A DNA stretch of 64,000 nucleotides from an uncultured Anaerolineae bacterium (GTDB lineage Bacteria; Chloroflexota; Anaerolineae; Aggregatilineales; Ch27), in the NCBI GenBank assembly GCA_964529715.1, contig CAZGXI010000023.1:130-64129 (forward strand). Direction: 5' to 3'. The translations under genes were made by a program, and so were the position numbers. A model generated the notes under the pieces. The model made no database searches, had not been told where the DNA came from, and saw only the letters and a program-made list of their open reading frames with translations. The number at the start of each line of letters is the position of its first letter. Within the stretch, counting starts at the first letter, position 1. Shown here piece by piece: positions 8,869 to 17,942 of the stretch.

Positions 8869-10242
8869 ATGAGCGACCTCTTTGACTACGTCCGGGAACA
8901 GCGTGCCGAGACGATCAAGCCCCTGGCGGCGCGGATGCGTCCGCGCACGTTGGAGGAATTCATCGGCCAGGAAGAGATTATCGGTACAGGGCGGTTGCTG
9001 CGCCGCGCCATCGAGGCCGACCAGCTCTCTTCGATCATCCTGTGGGGTCCGCCGGGCACAGGCAAGACCGCTCTGGCAAATGTGATCGCCAACACCACGC
9101 GCCGCCACTTTTCCACGATCAACGCCGTTACCTCTGGCATTGCGGACTTGCGCGAAGTCGTGGCCCAGGCCAAAGACCGCCTGGGCATGTACAACCAGGG
9201 CACGGTGCTGTTTATCGACGAGATTCACCGCTGGAACAAGGCGCAGCAGGACGCCCTGCTGCCGCATGTCGAGGACGGCTCGGTGGTGCTGATCGGCGCG
9301 ACGACGGAGAATCCGTTCTTCAGCCTGATCAATCCGCTGCTGTCGCGCAGCCGCGTCTTCCGCCTGACGCCGCTCTCCGACGACCACGTGCGGCTGATTG
9401 TCCGCCGTGCATTGAACGATTCTGAGCGCGGACTCGGCAATCTAAATGTTCTGCTGGAGGACGACGCGCTGGAGCATCTGGTCCACGTGGCCGGGGGCGA
9501 TGCGCGCAGCGCCCTCAACGCCCTGGAGCTGGCCGTGCAAACCACACCGCCGGACGCGCTGGGCGTCATCCGCATCGATCTGGCCGTTGCGCAGGAGAGC
9601 ATTCAGCAGCGGGCGGTGCGCTATGACCGGGGCGAGGACGAGCACTACGACACGATCAGCGCCTTTATTAAGTCGGTGCGCGGCTCCGACCCCGACGCGG
9701 CGCTGTATTGGATGGCGAAGATGATCCACGCCGGCGAAGACCCGCGCTTCATCCTGCGGCGGATGTTCATTCTGGCGAGCGAGGACATCGGGCTGGCCGA
9801 CCCGCGCGCGATCACGGTGGTGGCGTCGGCGGCGCAGGCGTTCGAGTGGGTGGGGATGCCGGAGGGGACGTACTTCCTCTCGGAGGCGTGCCTGTATCTC
9901 GCTACCGCGCCCAAGAGCAACAGCGCCGGGGCGATCTGGAAGGCGCTGGCGCGCATCGAGAGCGAGGGCGCGGGCGAAGTGCCGCCTTATCTGCGCGACA
10001 AGTCGGATACGCTGCGCGGCGCCGCCCAGGCGCGTTACCGGGAGACGATGGGCGACATGGGCGCGTACCAGTACCCGCACGACTTCCCCGGCGGATGGGT
10101 AGCGCAGAAGTACCTGCCGCTGGACATGGAGCCGCCCGGCTGGTATCAGCCGAAGGACATCGGGTACGAAAAGGAAGTCAAGGAACGGATGGAGCGAATC
10201 AGGACGGCACTTCAGACGACTCACAGGGGCGAGGGCAGATGA
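8869..10242 (+). CDS. rarA: Replication-associated recombination protein A (MgsA/RarA AAA+ ATPase)
   Basis: PLAARMRPRTLEEFIGQ, Walker A GPPGTGKT, Walker B LFIDEIHR, GATTENP, HYDTISAFIKSVRGSDPDAALYW. Confidence 0.97.
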   Translation: MSDLFDYVREQRAETIKPLAARMRPRTLEEFIGQEEIIGTGRLLRRAIEADQLSSIILWGPPGTGKTALANVIANTTRRHFSTINAVTSGIADLREVVAQAKDRLGMYNQGTVLFIDEIHRWNKAQQDALLPHVEDGSVVLIGATTENPFFSLINPLLSRSRVFRLTPLSDDHVRLIVRRALNDSERGLGNLNVLLEDDALEHLVHVAGGDARSALNALELAVQTTPPDALGVIRIDLAVAQESIQQRAVRYDRGEDEHYDTISAFIKSVRGSDPDAALYWMAKMIHAGEDPRFILRRMFILASEDIGLADPRAITVVASAAQAFEWVGMPEGTYFLSEACLYLATAPKSNSAGAIWKALARIESEGAGEVPPYLRDKSDTLRGAAQARYRETMGDMGAYQYPHDFPGGWVAQKYLPLDMEPPGWYQPKDIGYEKEVKERMERIRTALQTTHRGEGR

Positions 10243-10390
10243 CCGAGAAATCGCGGCGGTCCAGCGTCAGGATGCGCCTGACGCCTGCGCGCTCAGCAAT
10301 GGCGGTGATGGCCGCGTCCACGAGGTCGCGGCGCGCTTCGGGATAGGACTCAATGATGTCAGCGGCGCGGTCATGGCATTTCCTCCTCAA
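10199..10390 (-). pseudogene. C-terminal remnant of a PIN-domain (VapC-like) toxin
   Basis: RAADIIESY..RDLVDAAITAIAER..RILTLDRRDFSVICPRPC matches the C-terminal half of PIN toxins. There is no N-terminal DT/acidic strand, and the end overlaps the rarA 3' end. Confidence 0.7.
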
Positions 10391-10416
10391 CCCGTTCCTG
10401 TCTTATTTTACCACAC

Positions 10417-10752
10417 TCATCCCGCCAGAAAGCCGAAGTCCACGTAATAACAGCGCCCACCCTCGGCCCCTTCACAGGCGACCTCGCCGTGTTCCTTGAA
10501 GACGAAAACCGTCGGGTCGTGGCGCTTGAGCTTCTTTTTCAGCGTGTTCCACTGCGACCTGGTCGGCTGCGCTTCGCCTGGCTGCAAGGTGAAGTAAGCC
10601 GGGTCGAACACGGCGCGGTAGTGGCCGTCATCGTACTGGATCAGTTCGACCAGCAGGGTATCGTCGGGGTGATCTTTGGTGGTCAGGATGGCGGAAATGA
10701 AGTCGAATGCGGCCTCGAAGCTGCGCGGTTGGAAGTTGGGCAGGTCTTTCAT
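10417..10752 (-). CDS. Hypothetical protein (111 aa)
   Basis: Coding-like ORF starting MKDLPNFQ. The longer start in the ORF track runs through a REP hairpin (VGTRHAVSL). Confidence 0.7.
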   Translation of the reverse strand: MKDLPNFQPRSFEAAFDFISAILTTKDHPDDTLLVELIQYDDGHYRAVFDPAYFTLQPGEAQPTRSQWNTLKKKLKRHDPTVFVFKEHGEVACEGAEGGRCYYVDFGFLAG

Positions 10753-10778
10753 CGGGTTGGCTCCGCTGAAAAACGGTA

Positions 10779-10806
10779 GTAAGGACACGGCATGCCGTGT
10801 CCCTAC
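10779..10806 (-). repeat. REP hairpin, GTAGGGACACGGCATGCCGTGTCC type
   Basis: Minus strand GTAGGGACACGGCATGCCGTGTCCTTAC, a near-perfect palindrome with a 5' GTAG. Confidence 0.85.
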
Positions 10807-10821
10807 CAAATCGATAGAACG

Positions 10822-11475
10822 TTACCCGCTCAGGTCGATGACATGCGCCTCTTTGATGCTGCGTGCCAGGGCAAGCGGGATCGCCACCAGCGCCGACTCG
10901 TCGCGGTGATCGAGCGCCAGCGTGGTGAGCGAACAGGCGCACGGTCCGCCTCCCAGCGCCCGCAACCGCCGAGACGTGACGATGGTCAGCACCGCCGCCT
11001 CGACAACGCGCCATTCTTCCGGGCTGATGTAGGGATAGGCCAGCACGATCTGACCGTGCTTGCGGCGCATCTTGGGCACGGCCCGGTCGAGAATGCGCTT
11101 CCAACGCCAGAAGGTGAGCAGACTGTTGGCCGCATCGCGCACGGCCTCTGGTAGCGTGACCAGCCGCAGGGTCAGCACAGCCGGGCAGGCCTCGGCGTCG
11201 AGGAGCATGATTTCCGCCCGGCGGATGCCGCGCCGCCCGCTTTCGTCGGCCTGATCCGTTACGGTCACTTCTGAGAAAGCGACCTGTCGTCCGTCGTCCA
11301 GGGAAAAACACTTGAGCGACCGCGCGCCGACGAACTGCCCCCAGCCCTGGCCGCGCGGCATGGCATGGCGCCAGATGGTCTTGAGCGCCGCCTCGCCGAT
11401 GCCGTTTGTCGGCGTGGTGAACTGGTAGCCGGGCCGGCTGCCGTCTAGCACGTATTCAAGGGTGAGTGTTTGCAT
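10822..11475 (-). CDS. Hypothetical protein, possible GTPase-associated partner (GAP1-N-like)
   Basis: ATG at 11475 (MQTLTLEY). Contains a DESGRRG motif and lies directly downstream of the small GTPase on the same strand. Confidence 0.7.
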   Translation of the reverse strand: MQTLTLEYVLDGSRPGYQFTTPTNGIGEAALKTIWRHAMPRGQGWGQFVGARSLKCFSLDDGRQVAFSEVTVTDQADESGRRGIRRAEIMLLDAEACPAVLTLRLVTLPEAVRDAANSLLTFWRWKRILDRAVPKMRRKHGQIVLAYPYISPEEWRVVEAAVLTIVTSRRLRALGGGPCACSLTTLALDHRDESALVAIPLALARSIKEAHVIDLSG

Positions 11476-11482
11476 GTTCCAA

Positions 11483-11618
11483 AAGCCATCAGCCGTCAGC
11501 AATCAGCAGACAGCACTCAGCTGTCAGAGGGAGCGCCTGTCTTCAACGGGATGTCCAGGTGTTATGGTAAACCACTGTCTATTAACTGCCAATCGCCAAT
11601 TGCTAACAGCTGATCGCT
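11483..11618. repeat. Two oppositely oriented heptamer tandem arrays bracketing about 55 bp
   Basis: AAGCCAT CAGCCGT CAGCAAT CAGCAGA CAGCACT CAGCTGT (11483-11524) and AACTGCC AATCGCC AATTGCT AACAGCT GATCGCT (11584-11618). Confidence 0.8.
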
Positions 11619-12333
11619 ACAGCTTTTTCGGCTTCGGACGGATGGCGTTGAAGAAGCGGGTCATCGCCTCACTGACGCCCGCACCGGTCACGAGACTGGT
11701 CGCCGCGATCATGTAGGCATAGCCCAGCCGCTCGGACTGCGATTTGAGCCGCCGGGTTTCGTTGCGATATTCATCCAGTAGATCGCCGAGCGTCTTCTCG
11801 CTGCCCCACAGGTCGGCCTTGTTGATGACCAGCAAGAACATCTTGAGATTCTTGGCGGCAGCCGGTTCTTCGTCGATCATTTGCAACACAAAGTTGAGTG
11901 CGTCTTTGTGCTGCGGCGGATTGGTATGGTCCATCATGAAGACGATGCCGCGCGGCCTGGCGTGCCGGAACAGGTCCAGCCAGTCGGTTTCCCACATGGC
12001 GTATTCGCCGCCCACGTCCCGACCCGGCTTGAGCCGCATGTGCTGGCTGCCGATGTTCGAGCCGAAGACGGGTACGGGGTCGCCGCCCGCTGCCGTCGGT
12101 TCGGGATCAAAGTCGGCCAGGTAGGCTGTGTCGCGCCGGAGCCATTCCAGCAGCGTCGTCTTGCCGGATTGCCGGTAGCCGAGCACGATGAACGGCAGGC
12201 CTAGCACGCGGACGTAAGCGAAATCCACCAGCGCGTTGGCGCTGCCGCTGACGCTGCTGGGGATCAGGTTGTTCAATGTCCCGACAATAATGGAGATGAT
12301 GCGATCTCCCAACGTCGGCTGACCATCGGTCAT
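11617..12333 (-). CDS. Ras-superfamily small GTPase, Arf/Sar-like
   Basis: G1 GYRQSGKTT, G2 PT, G3 DVGG, GIVFMMD, G4 NKAD, G5 TS, N-terminal amphipathic segment. Confidence 0.85.
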   Translation of the reverse strand: MTDGQPTLGDRIISIIVGTLNNLIPSSVSGSANALVDFAYVRVLGLPFIVLGYRQSGKTTLLEWLRRDTAYLADFDPEPTAAGGDPVPVFGSNIGSQHMRLKPGRDVGGEYAMWETDWLDLFRHARPRGIVFMMDHTNPPQHKDALNFVLQMIDEEPAAAKNLKMFLLVINKADLWGSEKTLGDLLDEYRNETRRLKSQSERLGYAYMIAATSLVTGAGVSEAMTRFFNAIRPKPKKL

Positions 12334-12442
12334 CGGAATCCTGCCTTCACACACACGAGCTTGACCTTACCTGTGTATCTCTTCTACGCACAAGCGGCGG
12401 CGGAGTTGCTGGCAGGGCATCGGAGCTTCGCCGCCGCGATGC

Positions 12443-13420
12443 TCATATCCCCAACACCGGGTGCGGCTGGTAAGGCGCTTCGAGAATGGCGATTTCCTCC
12501 GCCGAGAGCTTGATTTCCAGGGCGGCGACGGCTTCTTCCAGGTGGTGCATTTTGCTCGCGCCGATGATCGGGCTGGTGACGCCGGGTTTGTGTAACATCC
12601 AGGCTAGGGCGATTTGTGCGGGTGAGCAGCCGCGCTGTTTCGCCAGTTCTGCCGCGCAGTCTGCCACGATAAAATCGGCGTCCTGGTAGTACATGGCATG
12701 GGCGTAGCGGTCGCTCCTGGCGCGTGTCGTCTCACCGCCTCGGTCGGGTGTGCGGTTGCCTGCCAGGAAGCCGCGCGCCAGTGGACTCCAGGGAATCACA
12801 CCGATGCCCTGGTTGATGCATAACGGGATCATCTCGCGCTCTTCCTCGCGGTAGATCAGGTTGTAGTGGTTCTGCATGGCAACAAAGCGCGACCAGCCGT
12901 GCAGGTCGGATGTGTATAATGCCTGCGCGAACTGCCAGGCGTACATGCTCGACGCGCCGAGGTACAGCGCCTTGCCCGCCCGCACCACATCATTCAGGGC
13001 CTCCAGTGTTTCCTCGATGGGTGTTTCGGCGTCCCAGCGGTGAATCTGGTAAAGGTCCACATAATCGGTGCCCAGGCGGCGCAGCGAATTGTCGATTGAC
13101 TTCATGATGTGCTTGCGCGACAGCCCCCGGTCGTTCGGGGCATCGCTCATGGCGTTGTAGACCTTCGTGGCGATCACGACCTCGTCGCGTTTGGCGAAGT
13201 CGCGCAGGGCGCGGCCCAGCACTTCTTCGCTCATGCCGAGCGAATACATATCTGCCGTGTCGAAGAAATTGATGCCCAGTTCCAGCGCCCGCCGGATGAA
13301 AGGGCGTCCCTGCTCTTCCGACAGTACCCAATCGCGCCACTTCGGATCGCCGTAGGTCATCGTGCCCAGGCACAGACGCGACACCCGGAGTCCGGTCTTG
13401 CCCAAATGGACGTAATCCAC
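12443..13420 (-). CDS. Aldo/keto reductase (YajO/IolS-like)
   Basis: LGKTGLRVSRLCLGTM, FFDTADMYS, IATKV, SLRRLGTDYVDLYQIHR, PWSPLARG. Confidence 0.95.
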   Translation of the reverse strand: MDYVHLGKTGLRVSRLCLGTMTYGDPKWRDWVLSEEQGRPFIRRALELGINFFDTADMYSLGMSEEVLGRALRDFAKRDEVVIATKVYNAMSDAPNDRGLSRKHIMKSIDNSLRRLGTDYVDLYQIHRWDAETPIEETLEALNDVVRAGKALYLGASSMYAWQFAQALYTSDLHGWSRFVAMQNHYNLIYREEEREMIPLCINQGIGVIPWSPLARGFLAGNRTPDRGGETTRARSDRYAHAMYYQDADFIVADCAAELAKQRGCSPAQIALAWMLHKPGVTSPIIGASKMHHLEEAVAALEIKLSAEEIAILEAPYQPHPVLGI

Positions 13421-13458
13421 GTTTGTTTCCTTTCTAAAGACGCGGCGCTCTTAGCCGG

Positions 13459-13491
13459 AAATTGTAGCGGCGGAGTGCACCCCGCCGCTAC
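13459..13491 (+). repeat. REP-like hairpin, GTAGCGGCGG family
   Basis: AAATTGTAGCGGCGG-AGTGCAC-CCCGCCGCTAC. Confidence 0.8.
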
Positions 13492-13516
13492 CTTTTGTCT
13501 TTGGTGGTTTATCTTT

Positions 13517-14446
13517 TTAAAGGATCGTCGCTGCGCAGATCATCAGCAGCACGACGGCGAGATAGATGTTCGATCCCTTGAACAGCACCATCGCTTGCTG
13601 GCCCTGGCGCCCTTCGCTCTCGATTCGCAACAGCTTGACCGACTCGATGATCAGCCATAACGTCGCCAATCCTACCGGGATAAGGTATAGCGCACCGAGG
13701 GTAGGGTGTGTCGCCAACAGCAGGGCGATCAGGCCGGTCATGCCCATGTGAACCAGCGTCCAGGCCGTTGCGCGCCCGGCGGGCATGACCACCGGCAGCA
13801 TCGGCACGCGGGCATGAGCGTAATCCTTGCGGTAGACCAGCGCCAGACTCCAGAAGTGGCTGGGACTCCAGGTAAACAGCAGCGCCGCCAGCAGCAGCGC
13901 ACCGGGATCGGCCCAATGACCGACCGCCGCCGATCCGCTGAGCACGGCACAGCTCCCCGCCGCGCCGCCGATAACCACGTTCAGCAGCGTGCGCGGCTTG
14001 AGCCAGACAGTATACACGCCGATGTAAATCAGCGCGCCCAGGCCCAAAAAGAAGGCCAGTTCGGGATTTCCTGCCAGCAGCGCCAGCCCCACCGCGCCTA
14101 AGATCAGCCCTACGCCGATGGCGGCAGCCCAAAGGGGCTTTACCTGTCCGGTCGCCAGGGGGCGGCGGCTGGTGCGCTTCATCAGAGGATCGGTGTGGCG
14201 TTCGAGATACTGATTCAGTGCGCCGGAGCCGCCCGCCGCCATCGCGCCGGTCAGCGTGACCAGCAGCATCGCGCCGAAGGTTGGCCTGCCGCCCGCGCCG
14301 AGCATCGCGCCGCCCCAGGCCGCAAACAGCAGCAGCACCACGATCCGCGCCTTAAGCAGCACGGCCAGTGTCCCCAACACGTTTCGCAGCGACGAAGGCC
14401 CCACCGCTGCGACCGTCGCCGACATTTTTTCAGAAGTATAGGTCAT
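13517..14446 (-). CDS. cyoE: Protoheme IX farnesyltransferase (heme O synthase)
   Basis: LLKARIV, ALNQYLERHTDPLMKRTSRRPL, YTVWLKPRTLLNVVIGG, WSPSHFWSLALVYRKDY. UbiA-family multi-TM protein. Confidence 0.95.
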   Translation of the reverse strand: MTYTSEKMSATVAAVGPSSLRNVLGTLAVLLKARIVVLLLFAAWGGAMLGAGGRPTFGAMLLVTLTGAMAAGGSGALNQYLERHTDPLMKRTSRRPLATGQVKPLWAAAIGVGLILGAVGLALLAGNPELAFFLGLGALIYIGVYTVWLKPRTLLNVVIGGAAGSCAVLSGSAAVGHWADPGALLLAALLFTWSPSHFWSLALVYRKDYAHARVPMLPVVMPAGRATAWTLVHMGMTGLIALLLATHPTLGALYLIPVGLATLWLIIESVKLLRIESEGRQGQQAMVLFKGSNIYLAVVLLMICAATIL

Positions 14447-14619
14447 GACCAAAATCTTTCTAGCGGGCGTGGCGAAATTTCCTCATATCTTCAGATGCGC
14501 TGAGAGCGGGGAAGTTACGTCAGGCAGAAGGCGCGCATCCTTATACATGATAAATGATAGCCGTTTTGTGAAATTTTGCCACAATTCCCACTCCCTCCCC
14601 GCGATCTGTCCTGGCGGCG

Positions 14620-15582
14620 TCAGCGCAGGATCAGGAACGACGCTGCGGTAAAGACGATGTATCCCAACAACAACAACCCAGATTGCCAGCGATCCAGCCG
14701 CTGGTTGAGCGAGAATGGCAGCAGCAGGGCTGAGAAACCGATCATCACCGGAAACTCGAACCGGAGCAGGCCCTCTTCAACCCCTACCGGCCTGAAGATA
14801 GAGGTCAGGCCCAGGATCATCAGGATATTGGCGACGTTGGAGCCGACGACGTTCCCAATGGCGATGTCGCTTTCTTTGCGTAGGGCTGCCATGAACGATG
14901 TCGCCAGTTCGGGCAGCGACGTGCCGATGGCGACCACCGTGATACCGATGATCAATTCACTCACGCCCAGGTCGCTGGCAATGCCGACGGCACCGTCCAC
15001 CAGCAGGCGCGCGCCCAGCACCAGCACGCCGATTCCCAACACCAATCGGACCAGTTCGCGCCAGCGATTGACCTGATTGACCAGGTGCTCATAAGCCTCA
15101 AACTCGTCGAGTTCCGGCGCGATTTCCTGCTGGTCGCGCCGCGCGGCCAGGTAGGAGAAAGCGTTGAAGGCGATGAAACCGATGAACATGGCAACCCCAT
15201 CGATCTGGCTGATCGACCCGTCCAGCGCGAAGAGCAGCGCAGCGATGCAGACCCCGATCATGATCGGGATTTCACGCCGAATTAACTGCCACTGGACGGC
15301 GATGGGATAGAGCAGGCCGGTGAGTCCCAGGATCAGGCCGATATTGGCGATATTCGACCCCAGGATGTTGCCGATGACGATGTCGCTATGTTCCTGGATG
15401 GCCGCATTCAAACTGACCAGCAGCTCCGGCGCGGACGTGCCGAAAGCGACGACCGTCAGGCCGATGACCAGCGATGACACCCCGAAAGAACTTGCCAGGC
15501 GGCTGGCACCTTTAACCAGCCAATCGCCCCCAAAAAATAGCCCGACCAGGCCGAGCGCAACCAATACGATGTCTGTGAGCAT
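14620..15582 (-). CDS. Calcium/sodium:proton antiporter (YrbG/CaCA family)
   Basis: Two alpha repeats GTSAPEL and GTSLPEL, GNILGSNIANI and GNVVGSNVANI. Confidence 0.93.
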   Translation of the reverse strand: MLTDIVLVALGLVGLFFGGDWLVKGASRLASSFGVSSLVIGLTVVAFGTSAPELLVSLNAAIQEHSDIVIGNILGSNIANIGLILGLTGLLYPIAVQWQLIRREIPIMIGVCIAALLFALDGSISQIDGVAMFIGFIAFNAFSYLAARRDQQEIAPELDEFEAYEHLVNQVNRWRELVRLVLGIGVLVLGARLLVDGAVGIASDLGVSELIIGITVVAIGTSLPELATSFMAALRKESDIAIGNVVGSNVANILMILGLTSIFRPVGVEEGLLRFEFPVMIGFSALLLPFSLNQRLDRWQSGLLLLGYIVFTAASFLILR

Positions 15583-15612
15583 CCGACAACCTTTCTTTTT
15601 GAATCGCTCCGA

Positions 15613-17493
15613 TTAAGGTGTGTTCGGTACAGTTGCCGCGTCGATCACCTCGGCGGCCAGTTCGTAATGGCCGAACGCCGGGATGATGTAAACCCCTTGG
15701 ACCATATCTTTGATCTGGACCAGCAGTTCACGGGCAATGCGCACTCCCTCGAAGGGCGCGTTCTCGTCTGCCTGCTCAATGCGGTGGAAAATCGCGTCGG
15801 GGATGGTGATGCCGGGAATCTCGTTGTGCAAAAAGCGCGCGTGTTTGAGTCCGTACAGCGGCATGATGCCCATCAGCACGGGCAGGGCCAGCGGCTCGCC
15901 CTGAAGTTCTGCATAGCGCCTAAGAAAACGCTCGATGGTCGCCGGGTCGAAAACGGGCTGACCCAGGGCGAAGTCGGCCCCGGCGTCGATTTTCTTGCGC
16001 AGCGTCTTGATCTCGCGGTCGAGGTTGTCCGCGCCCATGTTCACCGCGCAGCCGACGGTGAACGAGGTTGGCTGACCAATGGAGTTGCCCGCCTGGTCTA
16101 CGCCCCGGTTCATCTTTTGCTTGACCAGTTCGATCAGGCCGGAGGGTGTCACGTCGTAATTATCCATTGCTTCGGGATAGTCGCCGATGTGGGTGGGATC
16201 GCCCATCACCACGAACAGGTTGCGCAGACCCAGCGCGTGCGCTGCCAGTAGATCGCCCTGGATGCGCAGCAGATTCCGCCCGCGCGTGGGGAAGTGCAAC
16301 ACCGTCTCGATTCCCAGGCGCGATTGGATGAAGTGGCACACCGCCCAGGGACTCATACGCATCCGGGCGGTCGGGCTGTCGGCGATATTGAGCATGGTTG
16401 CCCCGGCGTCCTGCAAAAGCTGTGCGGCAGCGTGGAGCTTTTGGGGGATGAAGCTGCGCGGCGGGTGCATTTCCACTGTGATGATGAAGTGGCCTTCCTT
16501 CAGGTAGCGGGAAAGCGCGGTAGGGCGTTCCACAACCTCACCCTGTTCCTCCTGACGTGGTTCGGTCGCCTGGACCTGGGGCAGGGGGTGCGAGGGGTGA
16601 TCCAGTTCGGCGCGCATGGCGGCGACGTGACCTGCTGTTGTGCCGCAGCAGCCGCCGATCAGCCGTGCGCCGATGGCCTGGAAGGTGAGGGCATAGTCGG
16701 CGAAGTATTCCGGCGTGGCCGGGTACATCATGCGCCCGCCGACGGCCTGCGGAAAACCCGCGTTGGGCATGGCCGAAAGGATCGCCTCCGGGGCGGCCTG
16801 GCGCATGTTTTGCAAGATGCGCGCGATCTGGGCCGGGCCGCCGCCGCAGTTGACGCCGAGCACGTCGGCCCCGGCCTGAGCAAGGTCGCGGGCCACGCGC
16901 GCCGGGAGATCACCCATCAGGGTGCGGTCATCTTCGGCGAAGGTCACATGCGCGATTACGGGCACGCCCGGCGCGACCTCATGCGCCGCCGCCAGGGCTT
17001 CCAGGATTTCGCCCAGGTCGCTGAACGTTTCCAGCAGGATCGCTTCCGCGCCGGCCCCGGCCAGCGCCGCGATCTGCTCTGCAAAGGCGGCGCGCGCCTC
17101 CTCCGGCTTCACACGGCCATAGGGCTTCAGCCGCACTCCCAACGGCCCCACCGACCCGGCCACGTAGATTCGTTCCGGGTGGTCGCTTTCGTTGGCGGCC
17201 TGGCGGGCCAAGTTCACCCCTGCGGCGTTGATCGCCGCCACCTGTTCTTCCAGGCCATGCTTGCTCAATTTGTAGCGGTTCGCGCCGAAGGTATTCGTTT
17301 CCAGCAGTTCCGCCCCGGCCTGCACGAAATCGCGGTGGATGCGCAGCACCAGGTCCGGTTGGGTCAGGTTCAATTCATCGAAGCAGGCGTCGATGGGCAC
17401 GCCGTGTGTATGCAGGGTCGTGCCCATGGCCCCGTCGGCCAGGAGGGGGGGGTCTTGTTGGAGACGCTGTAGAAATGGGAGCTTTGTAGGCAT
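15613..17493 (-). CDS. yitJ: Bifunctional homocysteine S-methyltransferase / methylenetetrahydrofolate reductase (YitJ-like)
   Basis: Start MPTKLPF at 17493. DGAMGT, GVNC, GGCCGT zinc ligands. C-terminal MTHFR domain (NIADSP, RGRNLLRIQGDL, KKIDAGADF, QPVFD). Confidence 0.92.
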   Translation of the reverse strand: MPTKLPFLQRLQQDPPLLADGAMGTTLHTHGVPIDACFDELNLTQPDLVLRIHRDFVQAGAELLETNTFGANRYKLSKHGLEEQVAAINAAGVNLARQAANESDHPERIYVAGSVGPLGVRLKPYGRVKPEEARAAFAEQIAALAGAGAEAILLETFSDLGEILEALAAAHEVAPGVPVIAHVTFAEDDRTLMGDLPARVARDLAQAGADVLGVNCGGGPAQIARILQNMRQAAPEAILSAMPNAGFPQAVGGRMMYPATPEYFADYALTFQAIGARLIGGCCGTTAGHVAAMRAELDHPSHPLPQVQATEPRQEEQGEVVERPTALSRYLKEGHFIITVEMHPPRSFIPQKLHAAAQLLQDAGATMLNIADSPTARMRMSPWAVCHFIQSRLGIETVLHFPTRGRNLLRIQGDLLAAHALGLRNLFVVMGDPTHIGDYPEAMDNYDVTPSGLIELVKQKMNRGVDQAGNSIGQPTSFTVGCAVNMGADNLDREIKTLRKKIDAGADFALGQPVFDPATIERFLRRYAELQGEPLALPVLMGIMPLYGLKHARFLHNEIPGITIPDAIFHRIEQADENAPFEGVRIARELLVQIKDMVQGVYIIPAFGHYELAAEVIDAATVPNTP

Positions 17494-17510
17494 GGTTGTG
17501 TTTTCCCGAA

Positions 17511-17930
17511 TCAATTGGCGCAGGTGCCGAACAAGATGATCTGTGTACCGCTGCCGTCTTCCGCCCGATCCGCCGACCATTCGGCCTGGGCCATGCGGAA
17601 GCCGAGATCGCCGCCCGCCATCGCCCGCTCCAGGTAGTCGCTCGTCTGCTGCGCATACCACGCGCGGACGGTCGCCGGATCGTCGGGCGAATGGAGGACG
17701 AGCACGGTGTTGCCCATGCCGAACTCGGTCAGAAAGTTGTGGACGCGCGAGACAACCCCGGCGTTCGGATAGATCGGCAGCCGCTGGCTCAGCGAAGCGT
17801 AACACACCCGATCAACGGCGAAGATCGCGCCGCCGATGCAAACCAGCACCAGCGCGACCACCAGTCCGCAGCCGATCAGGGTGCGCGGGACTTTGAATGT
17901 TTTCACCACCAATATTCTCCTGAAACCCAA
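17511..17930 (-). CDS. Small membrane-anchored hypothetical protein
   Basis: N-terminal TM helix followed by a short extracytoplasmic domain. Lies between add and yitJ on the same strand. The start codon is uncertain. Confidence 0.65.
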   Translation of the reverse strand: MGFRRILVVKTFKVPRTLIGCGLVVALVLVCIGGAIFAVDRVCYASLSQRLPIYPNAGVVSRVHNFLTEFGMGNTVLVLHSPDDPATVRAWYAQQTSDYLERAMAGGDLGFRMAQAEWSADRAEDGSGTQIILFGTCAN

Positions 17931-17942
17931 ACCCGTAACGCT

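Noticed and set aside
14566-14584. Rex-like site TTGTG-N9-CACAA upstream of the heme O synthase gene
   Set aside because: The spacing is one base longer than the TTGTG-N8-CACAA Rex consensus. It may be an operator, but I cannot support the call.
17494-17805. N-terminal extension of yitJ in the 730-aa ORF call
   Set aside because: It overlaps the real 139-aa membrane gene in another frame. Recognisable sequence begins at MPTKLP (17493).
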